From: Pseudolabrys sp.
GTDB lineage: Bacteria > Pseudomonadota > Alphaproteobacteria > Rhizobiales > Xanthobacteraceae
Reading direction: 5' to 3'
Length of the DNA: 38,802 nucleotides
Assembly (NCBI GenBank): GCA_035703125.1
Contig: DASSYU010000437.1
Location: forward strand, 1-38,802
Of this stretch, positions 8,040 through 18,317 are shown piece by piece. The stretch's first letter is position 1, and each line of letters starts with the position of its first letter. The notes under the pieces are model-generated. The model was not told the origin of the DNA and did not search any database. It saw only the letters and a list, made by a program, of their open reading frames with translations. A program made the translations under genes and the position numbers.

Positions 8040-9962
8040 TCAAGCGGATTTCTTTTTGTCGTCGTCGACCTCGGTGAATTCCGCGTCGACCACGTCTTCT
8101 TTCTTTTCGCCCGAAGCTGCGCCATCGCCGCCGGCACCAGATGCGTTTTGCGCTTCCTGCTGCTGCTTGTACATGGCTTCGCCGAGTTTCATCGACGCCT
8201 GCGCCAGTGCATTGGTCTTGGCCTGGATTGCCGCAGAATCGTCGCCCTTGAGCGCTTCCTTCAGATCAGCGATTGCATTCTCGATCGCGGTGCGATCCGC
8301 ATCGCCGACTTTCGAGCCATGCTCAGACAGCGCCTTCTCGGTCGAGTGCACAAGTGCCTCGGCGTGATTCTTTGCCTCGACTGCAGCCTTGCGCTTCTTG
8401 TCCTCTTCGGCGTGAGACTCCGCATCCTTGACCATCTTTTCGATGTCTGCCTCGGACAGGCCGCCCGACGCCTGGATGCGGATCTGCTGCTCCTTGCCGG
8501 TTGCCTTGTCCTTGGCCTGCACATTGACGATGCCGTTCGCATCGATGTCGAAGGTGACTTCGATCTGCGGCACGCCGCGCGGCGCGGGTGGAATGCCGAC
8601 CAGGTCGAACTGGCCGAGCATCTTGTTGTCAGCGGCCATCTCGCGCTCGCCCTGGAACACGCGGATCGTCACCGCGTTCTGATTGTCCTCGGCGGTCGAG
8701 AAAACCTGGCTCTTCTTGGTCGGAATCGTCGTGTTGCGATCGATGATGCGCGTGAACACGCCGCCCAGCGTTTCGATGCCGAGCGAAAGCGGGGTCACGT
8801 CGAGCAACAGCACATCCTTGACGTCACCCTGCAGCACGCCGGCCTGGATGGCGGCGCCGACCGCAACGACTTCGTCTGGATTCACGCCCTTGTGCGGCTC
8901 CTTGCCGAACAACTGCTTCACGACTTCCTGCACCTTCGGCATGCGGGTCATGCCACCGACCAGGACGACCTCGTTGATCTGCGCCGCCGAAATGCCGGCA
9001 TCCTTAAGCGCCTGCTTGCACGGTTGGATCGTCTTCTGGACAAGGTCGTCGACCAACGCCTCGAACTTGGCGCGGGTCAGCTTCATCGTCAGGTGCTTGG
9101 GACCGGATGCGTCGGCCGTGATAAACGGCAGATTGATTTCAGTCTGCGTCGTCGATGACAGCTCGATCTTGGCCTTTTCCGCGGATTCCTTAAGCCGCTG
9201 CAGCGCGAGCTTGTCGCGGCGCAGATCAATGCCCTGCTCTTTCTGAAATTCGTCGGCAAGATAGTTGACCAGCCGCATGTCGAAGTCTTCACCGCCCAGG
9301 AACGTGTCCCCGTTCGTGGACTTCACTTCGAATACGCCGTCGCCGATTTCGAGAATCGAAACGTCGAAGGTGCCGCCGCCAAGGTCGTAGACGGCAATAG
9401 TGCCAGACTTCTGCTTGTCGAGACCGTAGGCCAGCGCGGCAGCAGTGGGCTCATTGATGATGCGCAGCACCTCGAGGCCGGCGATTTTGCCGGCATCCTT
9501 GGTCGCCTGGCGTTGCGCGTCGTTGAAATAGGCAGGAACGGTGATGACAGCCTGCTCGACCTTCTGCCCGAGATAGGCTTCGGCCGTCTCTTTCATCTTC
9601 TGCAGGATGAAGGCCGAGATCTGCGACGGCGAAAAGCTTTTTCCGTCGGCCTCGACCCATGCGTCACCGTTGGAAGCCTTGCTGATCTTGTAAGGGACAA
9701 GCTTCTTGTCCTTTTCGACCATTGGATCGTCGTAGCGCCGCCCAATGAGGCGCTTGACCGCGAAGATGGTTTTTTCTGGATTTGTGACCGCCTGGCGCTT
9801 CGCCGGTTGGCCGACGAGACGTTCGCCGTCATCCGTGAAGGCGACAATCGAAGGCGTTGTGCGCATGCCTTCGGCGTTCTCTATGACTTTCGGCGTCTTG
9901 CCTTCCATGACGGCAACGCACGAATTGGTGGTGCCGAGGTCGATGCCGATGACCTTGCCCAT
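8040..9962 (-). CDS. dnaK: Chaperone DnaK (Hsp70)
   Basis: [46 protein letters not shown] 9962 has a GAGAGG RBS. Confidence 0.99.
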   Translation of the reverse strand: MGKVIGIDLGTTNSCVAVMEGKTPKVIENAEGMRTTPSIVAFTDDGERLVGQPAKRQAVTNPEKTIFAVKRLIGRRYDDPMVEKDKKLVPYKISKASNGDAWVEADGKSFSPSQISAFILQKMKETAEAYLGQKVEQAVITVPAYFNDAQRQATKDAGKIAGLEVLRIINEPTAAALAYGLDKQKSGTIAVYDLGGGTFDVSILEIGDGVFEVKSTNGDTFLGGEDFDMRLVNYLADEFQKEQGIDLRRDKLALQRLKESAEKAKIELSSTTQTEINLPFITADASGPKHLTMKLTRAKFEALVDDLVQKTIQPCKQALKDAGISAAQINEVVLVGGMTRMPKVQEVVKQLFGKEPHKGVNPDEVVAVGAAIQAGVLQGDVKDVLLLDVTPLSLGIETLGGVFTRIIDRNTTIPTKKSQVFSTAEDNQNAVTIRVFQGEREMAADNKMLGQFDLVGIPPAPRGVPQIEVTFDIDANGIVNVQAKDKATGKEQQIRIQASGGLSEADIEKMVKDAESHAEEDKKRKAAVEAKNHAEALVHSTEKALSEHGSKVGDADRTAIENAIADLKEALKGDDSAAIQAKTNALAQASMKLGEAMYKQQQEAQNASGAGGDGAASGEKKEDVVDAEFTEVDDDKKKSA

Positions 9963-10097
9963 GGTTCTTCCTCTCAAATTGCGGCAGGCCGGCCGGGCCA
10001 CTTGGCGCCCGAGTAGGAATGTCAGCGGCTCATCCGCAGACCCCCTATCCAGCCCCCTGGATACGCGATTCGCCACATTTTTGCGGCTTAGTGGCTC

Positions 10098-10125
10098 ATA
10101 TAGGAGGGCCCCCGGAGGCCGCAAG
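10098..10125 (-). promoter_or_regulatory. RpoH (sigma32) promoter of dnaK
   Basis: Minus strand CTTG-N17-CCTATAT matches the alphaproteobacterial RpoH consensus. Confidence 0.8.
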
Positions 10126-10251
10126 TCAGTTGGTCACGAAATCGCGAGACCCGGGCCATCGCGTGCCCTAAATGGTTATCGGCCCATTGCTGCACCGCAT
10201 CTGGGCCGCTAGGGAAGGCCCCGCCGCTCACATTTGAAGGCTTCCGAATTC

Positions 10252-11196
10252 ATGATTTGTCGGTTGTTTGTCTGCCTGTTCGCGGCCTGGGCCGGCCTGA
10301 TGTCTATAGCCACTACGGCGCATTCAGACCCGGCATATCCACCGGGCTCCCGGGTCGGCCTCGAAGTGCCGGGCAACCTAAAGCCGAGCACGCATTTTCC
10401 CGGATTCGAAGACGCAGACCGCAAGGTATCGATCGCAATCCTTGATCTGCCGTCCACCGCATATTTCGAACTTGAGACGGCTGCATTCAACAAGCTTCCG
10501 CAAGACCTGCAGCAGGCAAAACGGGAGAGCTTTCCGTTCAACAACGGCATCGGGTTCTTGATCAGCGGAGTAGCACAAAAGGATGGAACAACAGTGCATC
10601 GGTGGTCGCTGCTTGCGCAGGCGGTGGGCGACAGGGTCCAAAATCTTACAACCTTGATCAATGTGGAGGTGCCGGAAAGCGCGCTCCCGGTCTACTCCGA
10701 TGCGGTGGTCCGCCAGGCGCTCGCAAGCGTCACGTTCCGTCCGGCGCCGATCAAAGAGCAACTCAGTTTGTTGCCGTTCAGATTTGGCGACCTGGCCGGA
10801 TTCGAGGTGATGCAGGTCACGCCGACCGGCACCGTTGTCCTTGCCGACAAGCCGGACGACAAATCAACCGATCGCCCGATCCTGATCGTTTCAATTGGGC
10901 GCGGCGGTCCCGCAGACGCCGGAGACCGCAGCAAACTTGCACGCGATCTGGTTGCAACGGCACCCGTACGCGATCTGAGCATAAAATCGGCCGAAACGAT
11001 GCGAATCAACCGCGCGCCGGGACACGAAATCAGGGCGGAAGGCAAAGACTCGGCAGGCAAGCCGGTGTCGATGGTTCAATGGTTGCGTTTCGGCTCGGGG
11101 GGCTATTTGCGTATCGTCGGTGCCGGCCCCACCAACGAATGGGATCAGTTTTTTAGCCGATTTCGCACTGTGCGCGATGCAATCGAAGTGCGGTAA
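10252..11196 (+). CDS. Hypothetical exported protein
   Basis: 314-aa ORF filling the dnaK-grpE gap, with a signal-peptide-like N-terminus (…LMSIATTAHS/D). No family recognised with certainty. Confidence 0.8.
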   Translation: MICRLFVCLFAAWAGLMSIATTAHSDPAYPPGSRVGLEVPGNLKPSTHFPGFEDADRKVSIAILDLPSTAYFELETAAFNKLPQDLQQAKRESFPFNNGIGFLISGVAQKDGTTVHRWSLLAQAVGDRVQNLTTLINVEVPESALPVYSDAVVRQALASVTFRPAPIKEQLSLLPFRFGDLAGFEVMQVTPTGTVVLADKPDDKSTDRPILIVSIGRGGPADAGDRSKLARDLVATAPVRDLSIKSAETMRINRAPGHEIRAEGKDSAGKPVSMVQWLRFGSGGYLRIVGAGPTNEWDQFFSRFRTVRDAIEVR

Positions 11197-11220
11197 TGCC
11201 TACTTTGCATCGTCACTCGG

Positions 11221-11790
11221 CTACGAATTATCGTTGGCAGACGCGGGAGTTTTTTGAACGGCTTTGCTGACGGCAACCATCGCCGGACGGAGCACACGTT
11301 CACCGATCATGTAGCCGGCCTGAATCACTTCGGCGACCAGGCCGGGAGGCAGATCGGATGTCGGAACTTCATACATCGCCTGATGTAAGTTCGGATCGAA
11401 CTTCTCGCCTTGTGGCGAGAACTTCTTCACGCCATTCTTTTCCAGCGTCTTGAGAAGTTCCCGTTCCGTGAGTTCGACCCCTTCGATCAGCGCTTTCACC
11501 TTTGCATCGTCGCTTTCGCGTAGCTCCGGTCCGATCGCGTCCAGCGCCCGATGCATGTTGTCGGCGACCGCGAGCACGTCGCGTGCAAATCCTGCAATGC
11601 CGTAGAGGCGCGCGTCGAAAACCTCACGCTCGGTGCGCTTGCGCAAATTTTCCATTTCGGCAAGCGTCCGCAACAGCTTGTCCTTGAATTCCGCGGCCTC
11701 GCGCTTGGCCTCGGCAACCAGGTCGGCCGGTTCGGGCGTCTCTGCTTCGGCAGCCGTGCTTTCAGCCTGGCGGGCGGTTGGGTCCGTCAT
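11221..11790 (-). CDS. grpE: Nucleotide exchange factor GrpE
   Basis: [38 protein letters not shown]. Confidence 0.98.
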   Translation of the reverse strand: MTDPTARQAESTAAEAETPEPADLVAEAKREAAEFKDKLLRTLAEMENLRKRTEREVFDARLYGIAGFARDVLAVADNMHRALDAIGPELRESDDAKVKALIEGVELTERELLKTLEKNGVKKFSPQGEKFDPNLHQAMYEVPTSDLPPGLVAEVIQAGYMIGERVLRPAMVAVSKAVQKTPASANDNS

Positions 11791-11829
11791 AGTTTTCAAT
11801 CCATCCTCGGCAATATCCGGATGCCCGGC

Positions 11830-11858
11830 ATATCAGGGCTGCGGCGTCAAAAATCAAG
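11830..11858 (-). promoter_or_regulatory. Putative RpoH promoter of grpE
   Basis: Minus strand CTTG-N17-CCTGATAT between hrcA and grpE. Confidence 0.55.
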
Positions 11859-11861
11859 CAT

Positions 11862-12947
11862 TTATGGGGCAAGTAAACGACTTACGACTCGCGCGGTGTA
11901 GTCGACCATGGGGATGACACGGGCGTAGTTAAGCCGGGTTGGCCCAATGACGCCGATGACGCCCACAATACGACCCTTGCCGTCGCGATACGGCGCGACA
12001 ATGGTCGAAGACCCGGATAACGAGAAGAGCTTGTTCTCGGAACCGATAAAGATACGGACGCCGTCGGCGCGCTCGGCTCGTCCCAGCAGGTCTATCACAC
12101 CCCGCTTGGTCTCGAGGGCGTCGAACAGCGATCGTACGCGTTCGAGGTCTTCAACCGCGCGTAAATCCTCCAAAAGGTTGGCGTGGCCGCGCACGATCAG
12201 TTGCCGCTCATCGTTTTCGCCGCCCGACCAGCTGGCAAGACCGGTCGCAATGACCTTCTGCGTCAGTTGATCGAGTTCGGCCTGCCCTTCGGCAACTGCC
12301 TTCTCAATTTCAGCCTGAAGGTCGGCCAGCGTCTTGCCTCGGATGCGCGCATTGAGAAAGTTCGCCGCTTCAGTGAGTGAAGACGTGGGCAATCCCGGCG
12401 GGACATTGAGCACACGATTTTCAACCTGCCCGTCCTCCGCAACAAGTACGGCAAGCGCGCGCTCCGGCTCGAGTCGTACGAATTCGATGTGCTTGAGGCG
12501 GACGTTTGCTTTTGCCGTCAACACAACGCCTGCCGAACGGGTCAGGCCCGACAGCATCTGCGAAGCTTCGGTGAGCACAGCCTCCATCGATTTCGCCGTG
12601 TGTGCGCCCGCCACCTGGGCTTCGATCGAGCGGCGATCCTGCTCGCTGAGGTCGCCAACCTGCATCAACGCATCGACGAAGAACCGCAGGCCGATTTCTG
12701 TCGGCAGCCGGCCTGCAGATGTGTGGGGGGCAAAAATCAGACCGAGCTGCTCCAGGTCCGACATCACATTGCGGACTGAGGCAGGCGACAGTGTGATCGG
12801 TAGCAACCGCGACAGGTTTCTCGAGCCGACAGGCTCGCCGGTTGCCAAATAGCTTTCGACAATCTGGCGGAAAATCTCGCGCGAGCGCTCATTGAGCGCC
12901 GCCAGGCTCACGTGTGTTGCACCGATCGGGATGTCGTGGGACGCCAA
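11862..12947 (-). CDS. hrcA: Heat-inducible transcription repressor HrcA
   Basis: [47 protein letters not shown] start with GGAG RBS. Confidence 0.97.
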   Translation of the reverse strand: MASHDIPIGATHVSLAALNERSREIFRQIVESYLATGEPVGSRNLSRLLPITLSPASVRNVMSDLEQLGLIFAPHTSAGRLPTEIGLRFFVDALMQVGDLSEQDRRSIEAQVAGAHTAKSMEAVLTEASQMLSGLTRSAGVVLTAKANVRLKHIEFVRLEPERALAVLVAEDGQVENRVLNVPPGLPTSSLTEAANFLNARIRGKTLADLQAEIEKAVAEGQAELDQLTQKVIATGLASWSGGENDERQLIVRGHANLLEDLRAVEDLERVRSLFDALETKRGVIDLLGRAERADGVRIFIGSENKLFSLSGSSTIVAPYRDGKGRIVGVIGVIGPTRLNYARVIPMVDYTARVVSRLLAP

Positions 12948-13051
12948 AAGCTCACTCCTCGAAAGCCAGCCAACAATTGACCATCGAAGCGGTCTTGTTC
13001 AAGCGGGCCGTATGGTTATGGTGAGCGGTCAATGCCTCGGGAGCAAGCCTG

Positions 13052-13765
13052 ATGCGGCCAAGCCGTCGACAGATCGATGAGTTGCGCGCTGTTTCGCTTG
13101 AGCGCGGCGTTGTAAAATACGCTGAGGGCTCGTGTTTCGTGAAATTCGGCGACACCCACGTCCTGGTCACGGCCAGCCTGGAGGAACGCCTGCCGCCCTG
13201 GCTCAAGGGACAGGGCCGCGGCTGGGTAACCGCCGAGTACGGCATGCTCCCGCGCGCCACCTCGGAACGCACGCGGCGCGAGGCGAGCGCCGGAAAGCAG
13301 GGTGGCCGCACCGTCGAGATTCAACGGCTCATCGGGCGCTCGCTTCGTTCGGTGGTCGATTTGCCCGCGCTGGGCGAGCGCCAGATCACTATCGATTGCG
13401 ATGTTATTCAGGCTGATGGTGGCACGCGCACGGCATCGATCACCGGGGCCTGGGTCGCGCTTGCGGACTGTCTTAGTTGGATGAAATCGCGCGACATGAT
13501 CAAGGCCGAGGTCCTACGCGACCATATCGCTGCTGTTTCGTGCGGCGTCTGCAGAGGAACCGCCGTGCTCGACCTCGACTATGCCGAGGACTCGGAAGCC
13601 GACACCGACGCCAATTTTGTCATGACCGGATCCGGCAACATCGTTGAAATCCAGGCCACTGCGGAGAAGATTCCGTTCAGCGAGGATCAATTCGCAGCAC
13701 TCCTCGCGCTTGCTCGAATGGGCATTGCAAAATTGGTGTCACTGCAGAAATTGGCTGTTGCGTAA
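13052..13765 (+). CDS. rph: Ribonuclease PH
   Basis: [48 protein letters not shown]. Confidence 0.98.
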   Translation: MRPSRRQIDELRAVSLERGVVKYAEGSCFVKFGDTHVLVTASLEERLPPWLKGQGRGWVTAEYGMLPRATSERTRREASAGKQGGRTVEIQRLIGRSLRSVVDLPALGERQITIDCDVIQADGGTRTASITGAWVALADCLSWMKSRDMIKAEVLRDHIAAVSCGVCRGTAVLDLDYAEDSEADTDANFVMTGSGNIVEIQATAEKIPFSEDQFAALLALARMGIAKLVSLQKLAVA

Positions 13766-13801
13766 GCGCGGCGTGCAGGAGCGTGGGCGGCGGAAAATAA
13801 A

Positions 13802-14437
13802 ATGGCCAGACACCTGACCGATCTAGTGGTCATTGCCACCCACAATCCTGGCAAGCTCAGGGAAATGCGCGACCTGCTCGTGCCCTATGGAATCGCCACC
13901 CAGTCCGCTGGCGAGCTTGGGCTTCCCGAGCCGCAAGAGACCGGAGCGACATTCGCCCAGAACGCGCGCATCAAGGCGGTTGCCGCAGCCCGCGCCAGCG
14001 GAAAGCCGGCATTTGCAGACGACTCCGGACTGGTCGTCGATGCACTCGGCGGTGAGCCCGGTATCCATTCCGCGCGTTGGGCTGGACCAGACAAGGATTT
14101 TCGCGCGGCCATGAATCGCATCCAGACTTTATTGATCGAGCGCGGTGCCAAGACTCCCGAACAGCGGCACGCACATTTTGTTGCCGCTCTCTGCCTTGCC
14201 TGGCCCGATGGGCATGTCGAGGATTTTGAAGGTCGCGTCGATGGCGTTGCGGTATGGCCACCGCGCGGCGACAAGGGCTTCGGCTATGATCCGTTGTTCC
14301 GCCCGAATGGGTTCGACATCACTTTCGGTCAGATGAGTCCAGAGGAAAAGCACGGCTTGCCGCCACAAGGGCAAGGCCTCTCGCATCGGGCGCGCGCTTT
14401 CATGAAACTGGCGGAAACGTGCCTTTCGAGGCATTGA
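13802..14437 (+). CDS. rdgB: dITP/XTP pyrophosphatase (RdgB/HAM1)
   Basis: [40 protein letters not shown]. Confidence 0.96.
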   Translation: MARHLTDLVVIATHNPGKLREMRDLLVPYGIATQSAGELGLPEPQETGATFAQNARIKAVAAARASGKPAFADDSGLVVDALGGEPGIHSARWAGPDKDFRAAMNRIQTLLIERGAKTPEQRHAHFVAALCLAWPDGHVEDFEGRVDGVAVWPPRGDKGFGYDPLFRPNGFDITFGQMSPEEKHGLPPQGQGLSHRARAFMKLAETCLSRH

Positions 14438-14525
14438 ACGGTTCAAGATCGTTAAAATTTTAATCAACTGTTGTCGGCAAGAATTGTCGCAAGCTGGCTG
14501 TCGCAGACGGCACGGACTATGATGC

Positions 14526-14541
14526 TTAACATGTCGTTAAC
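14526..14541 (+). promoter_or_regulatory. CtrA-box consensus overlapping the hemW start
   Basis: TTAA-catgtcg-TTAAC is a perfect TTAA-N7-TTAAC. Confidence 0.45.
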
Positions 14542-15682
14542 AACTCCCTTCGGCGTCTACGTGCACTGGCCCTTCTGCCTGTCCAAGTGTCCTTACTGCG
14601 ACTTCAACAGCCATGTGCGGCACGGCGGCGTGGATGAGGGGCGCTTCCTCGGCGCTTATGAAACCGAGATCGCCGCAACCGCGGCGCGCGCGCCGGGCCG
14701 GACGGTCTCGACGATGTTTTTCGGCGGCGGTACGCCCTCACTGATGCAGCCATCATCGGTGCAGAGGATTCTTGATTGCATCGCTGAACACTGGAGTGTC
14801 GCACCGGATGTCGAGGTGACGCTTGAAGCCAATCCGACGAGTGTGGAAGCAAAGCGTTTTCGTGGTTTCCGAACAGCTGGCGTCAATCGCGTCTCGCTCG
14901 GCGTACAATCCCTCGACGACGCTGCGCTCAAGGAGCTTGGCCGTCTACATAGCGCGCAAGAAGCCCTTGATGCTGTTGCGATCGCCCGCTCGATTTTTGA
15001 CCGTTATTCCTTCGATCTCATCTACGCGCGTCCGCACCAAAGCCGTAACGCTTGGGCTACCGAACTCAAGCGGGCGATTGCGGAGGCCGCCGAGCATTTG
15101 TCGCTCTACCAATTGACGATCGAGCCGGACACGCCGTTCTTCGGTTTGCACAAAGCCGGAAAATTGCCTATTCCCGACGAGGACCTCGCGCGCGATCTTT
15201 ACGACCTTACGCAGGTAATCTGCGCCGACGCGAACCTGCCTGCCTACGAAGTCTCAAATCACGCGCGGCCCGGCGCGGAGTGCCGGCATAACCTGGTGTA
15301 CTGGCGCGGGCACGATTATGCAGGCGTCGGCCCAGGCGCACACGGTCGGCTGACAATCGACGGGCGCCGTGTTGCGACCGAGACTGAAAAACGTCCCGAA
15401 GCCTGGCTCATGCGCGTGGAAACCATTGGCACCGGCGTAACCGTTTCGGAAAAACTCACGGCAGGTGAAACCGCTGACGAGTATCTGCTGATGGGACTGC
15501 GCCTTGCCGAAGGCATCGACCTTGACCGTTACAATGCCCTCTCCGGGCGGACCCTCGATCCGAAACGGATTTCGATCTTGCGTGAGGAAGGTGCCGTCGA
15601 AACAACCGCCGATGGACGCCTTCGCGTGACGCAGAGCGGATTCCCGCTGCTCGACGCTGTGGTCGCGGATCTCGCCGCCTGA
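14531..15682 (+). CDS. hemW: Radical SAM heme chaperone HemW (HemN-like)
   Basis: YVHWPFCLSKCPYCDFN, FGGGTPS, EANP, RVSLGVQS, YEVSN, HNLVYW; follows rph-rdgB. Start may be 14519, 14522 or 14531. Confidence 0.93.
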   Translation: MSLTTPFGVYVHWPFCLSKCPYCDFNSHVRHGGVDEGRFLGAYETEIAATAARAPGRTVSTMFFGGGTPSLMQPSSVQRILDCIAEHWSVAPDVEVTLEANPTSVEAKRFRGFRTAGVNRVSLGVQSLDDAALKELGRLHSAQEALDAVAIARSIFDRYSFDLIYARPHQSRNAWATELKRAIAEAAEHLSLYQLTIEPDTPFFGLHKAGKLPIPDEDLARDLYDLTQVICADANLPAYEVSNHARPGAECRHNLVYWRGHDYAGVGPGAHGRLTIDGRRVATETEKRPEAWLMRVETIGTGVTVSEKLTAGETADEYLLMGLRLAEGIDLDRYNALSGRTLDPKRISILREEGAVETTADGRLRVTQSGFPLLDAVVADLAA

Positions 15683-15685
15683 AGC

Positions 15686-16891
15686 TTATGTCCCCGGCGC
15701 AAATGATTTCGGCGCGGGACTGATCACCTGACCGCCGGATGGAGTTACGCGCAGAACCGCCAGTCCGCGCTCACTCGTCCCCTCGGGGCGGAAGCGGAAA
15801 ACACCATCGATGCCCGCGAACCCGGACGGATTCGTGAGGACCTGCTCGCTGAAGCGTTGCATCCCCTGCGTCTTGACGAGAGCTGCCACCAGCGCAACCG
15901 CGTCATACGCAAGCGTTGCCGTGCGCACTGGATCCTGTCCGTAACGAGCGCGGTACCGGCCCGAGAAGTTGCGGAATCCGGCCTGCTCGGGTGAAGGATA
16001 CCAGCCGCCATCGAGTAATTTCTCCGACGAGATCCGCGTATCGTCGCCCCACAGCCCGGTTCCGAGCAGCTGCACACGCTTGAGGTCGACACCGTTGGCG
16101 GCGAGTGCTTGCGCGACCTGCGGCACTGCATCCGGACTGTCAGGTATAAAGATGCAGTCAATCTGGCTGGCCGCTTGGGCAACGCGGCGCACGGCCTCCG
16201 CCGTTCGGTTGGCGTCGTGTGGGTACTTCTCCAGCACCACGACCCGCCCGCCGTGACGGGCTACTTCCTGCTGGAATGCCGCTTCCACTACGGTGCCGTA
16301 GGCATTGTCGGGCATCAGCGCGGCAAACGACCGTTTGCCACGCGAGGCCGCATACGAGATTATCCGGCGGACGTCAGTCTCCGGCAGGAAACTCAGGAGA
16401 TAGACACCTCGCGCAGCGATACTCGCATCCGTGGAGAAGGCGATGACCGGTATGTTGCGAGACCGCGCAACCTGCCCGGCCGCACTCACCGACTGGGCGA
16501 AGAGCGGGCCCACGATGATCTCCGCCCCTTCTGAGATCGCCTGCTGGGCGGCACTTTGGGCGCCCTGCGACGAGCCACCATCGTCTTTGACGAGAAGTTG
16601 GACATTGCTCACCTTGAACTCGGCGAGCGCCATTTCCGCGGCGTTCTTCATCGACTGCGCAGCCAAACCGGCATTCCCTTGCGCCGTCAGTGGCAGGATC
16701 AACGCGATGCGGACCTGGCCGTCGGCTCCCTGCGCGGCAGCGGCGGGCTCACCGGCCGGCGGCAGCGTACCGCCGCCACCCAACTGGGTAGTGCATGCGG
16801 CAACCAATAGGCCTGTCGCGACAACAGACAGGCCCAAGCGCATGTGACGCCACACGCGCGCGATCGCCCCCTCACGCGACATCCCCAACAT
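15686..16891 (-). CDS. LppC/LpoA-like lipoprotein (penicillin-binding-protein activator family, periplasmic-binding fold)
   Basis: Lipobox LLVAAC, IALILPLT, IIVGPL, LAYDA, GFAGIDGVFRF; divergent from rsmI; GGGGAG RBS. Confidence 0.85.
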   Translation of the reverse strand: MLGMSREGAIARVWRHMRLGLSVVATGLLVAACTTQLGGGGTLPPAGEPAAAAQGADGQVRIALILPLTAQGNAGLAAQSMKNAAEMALAEFKVSNVQLLVKDDGGSSQGAQSAAQQAISEGAEIIVGPLFAQSVSAAGQVARSRNIPVIAFSTDASIAARGVYLLSFLPETDVRRIISYAASRGKRSFAALMPDNAYGTVVEAAFQQEVARHGGRVVVLEKYPHDANRTAEAVRRVAQAASQIDCIFIPDSPDAVPQVAQALAANGVDLKRVQLLGTGLWGDDTRISSEKLLDGGWYPSPEQAGFRNFSGRYRARYGQDPVRTATLAYDAVALVAALVKTQGMQRFSEQVLTNPSGFAGIDGVFRFRPEGTSERGLAVLRVTPSGGQVISPAPKSFAPGT

Positions 16892-17017
16892 GGTCGCTCC
16901 CCACGCGACAGTTCTATGTCAGTCGTAACTGGTATCGCCGGAAAAGTTAAGGCCATGAAACGGCGTACGGTTTTGTTCCCGATGACGCGCCGAAGACGCC
17001 CGTCTAGAGTGCCAATC

Positions 17018-17929
17018 ATGGCAAGCGATGCCAAAACGAGACCGCGCCTTTACGCACCTTTCGGCGTTTCGATGGAGTCCGGCAAGGTTCCACCCGGCCT
17101 GTACCTTGTCGCCACACCTATTGGAAATCTGGGCGACGTCACACTACGGGCGCTTGAAACTCTTGCTGGCGCCGACGTTATCGCCTGCGAAGACACACGC
17201 GTGACTCGCAAGCTTACCGAACGCTACGGAATCACGACGCCGCTTACGGCCTATCACGAGCACAATGCCGCCGAGGCACGCCCGAAGTTGCTTTCGCGCC
17301 TTGCCGAAGGCCAATCAGTTGCACTTGTCTCGGATGCCGGCACCCCGCTGATCTCCGATCCCGGTTACAAGTTGGTACGCGCCGCCCGCGAGGCCGGTTA
17401 TCAGGTTACGGCCTTGCCCGGCGCGTCGGCCGTGCTCGCCGCATTGACGGCTTCCGGACTGCCGACGGACCGCTTTTTCTTCGAAGGATTTCTGCCACCA
17501 AAGCAAGCCGCACGGCAAAAACGAATAGCCGCGCTCGCCAATACTCAGGCGACGTTGGTGCTGTTCGAGGGCGGATCACGCCTGACTTCGACATTGGCCG
17601 ACCTTGCGGCAACACTCGGACCACGCGCCGCAGCAATCTGCCGCGAGCTAACAAAATTGCACGAAGAAGTGAGATATGAGAATCTTGACGTGCTGGCGCG
17701 GCTTTACGCGAACGGCGCGGAAACGCGCGGCGAGTTCGTGGTCCTCGTCGCGCCACCGGCCGAGGAGCAACGCGCGGACGACATCGATGCGCTACTCAAG
17801 CGCGCGCTATCGCGCGTGTCGGTCAAGGACGCTGTCGGCGAGGTCGCTGTCGCGACCGGACGTCCGCGGCGCGAGATCTACCAACGCGCGCTCGCTCTGA
17901 CCAAAGACGACGAGAATGGCGCACAGTGA
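17018..17929 (+). CDS. rsmI: 16S rRNA (cytidine1402-2'-O)-methyltransferase
   Basis: LYLVATPIGNLGD, ACEDTR, LVSDAGTPLISDPG, FEGFLP, RELTKLHEE. Confidence 0.97.
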   Translation: MASDAKTRPRLYAPFGVSMESGKVPPGLYLVATPIGNLGDVTLRALETLAGADVIACEDTRVTRKLTERYGITTPLTAYHEHNAAEARPKLLSRLAEGQSVALVSDAGTPLISDPGYKLVRAAREAGYQVTALPGASAVLAALTASGLPTDRFFFEGFLPPKQAARQKRIAALANTQATLVLFEGGSRLTSTLADLAATLGPRAAAICRELTKLHEEVRYENLDVLARLYANGAETRGEFVVLVAPPAEEQRADDIDALLKRALSRVSVKDAVGEVAVATGRPRREIYQRALALTKDDENGAQ

Positions 17930-18317
17930 ATTGCCGCCACGTTCCGGAAGGCGTGAGCCGAGACCGAAGCGGCAGGCGGCGTTTCGCGTCGGTATTTCGG
18001 CCGAAAGCCGCGCGGCTGCGTTCCTTATCGCGAAAGGATTCCGTATTCTGGTACGGCGGTGGCGAAGTCCTCTCGGCGAGATCGATATCATTGCAAGACG
18101 GCGCCGACTTCTGGTTTTCGCCGAGGTGAAAGCCCGACCAACTATCGACGAAGCAGCCGAGTCGGTGAATGTACGGCAACGCCGGAGAATTGCCGCCGCA
18201 GCTGAGATCTGGCTTGCGGCCAACCTCGACGATTCAATCCGCGACATCCGGTTCGATGCGATTTTGGTGGCACCGGGGAAGATTCCGCAGCACATCCCGG
18301 CCGCATTCGACGTGTGA
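17916..18317 (+). CDS. yraN: YraN-family (UPF0102) nuclease
   Basis: AESRAA, GEIDIIAR, FAEVKAR (PD-(D/E)xK type), IRFD, HIPAAF. Confidence 0.93.
   Translation: MAHSELPPRSGRREPRPKRQAAFRVGISAESRAAAFLIAKGFRILVRRWRSPLGEIDIIARRRRLLVFAEVKARPTIDEAAESVNVRQRRRIAAAAEIWLAANLDDSIRDIRFDAILVAPGKIPQHIPAAFDV

Noticed and set aside
8148-10016. Long plus-strand ORFs (336, 187 and 167 aa) antisense to dnaK
   Set aside because: This is the well-known antisense shadow of hsp70 genes, often misannotated as NAD-specific glutamate dehydrogenase. It arises from codon bias in GC-rich DNA.
9963-13051. CIRCE operator (TTAGCACTC-N9-GAGTGCTAA) expected near hrcA, grpE or dnaK
   Set aside because: Not found by eye. This is normal for alphaproteobacteria, where CIRCE mainly precedes groESL and dnaK depends on RpoH.
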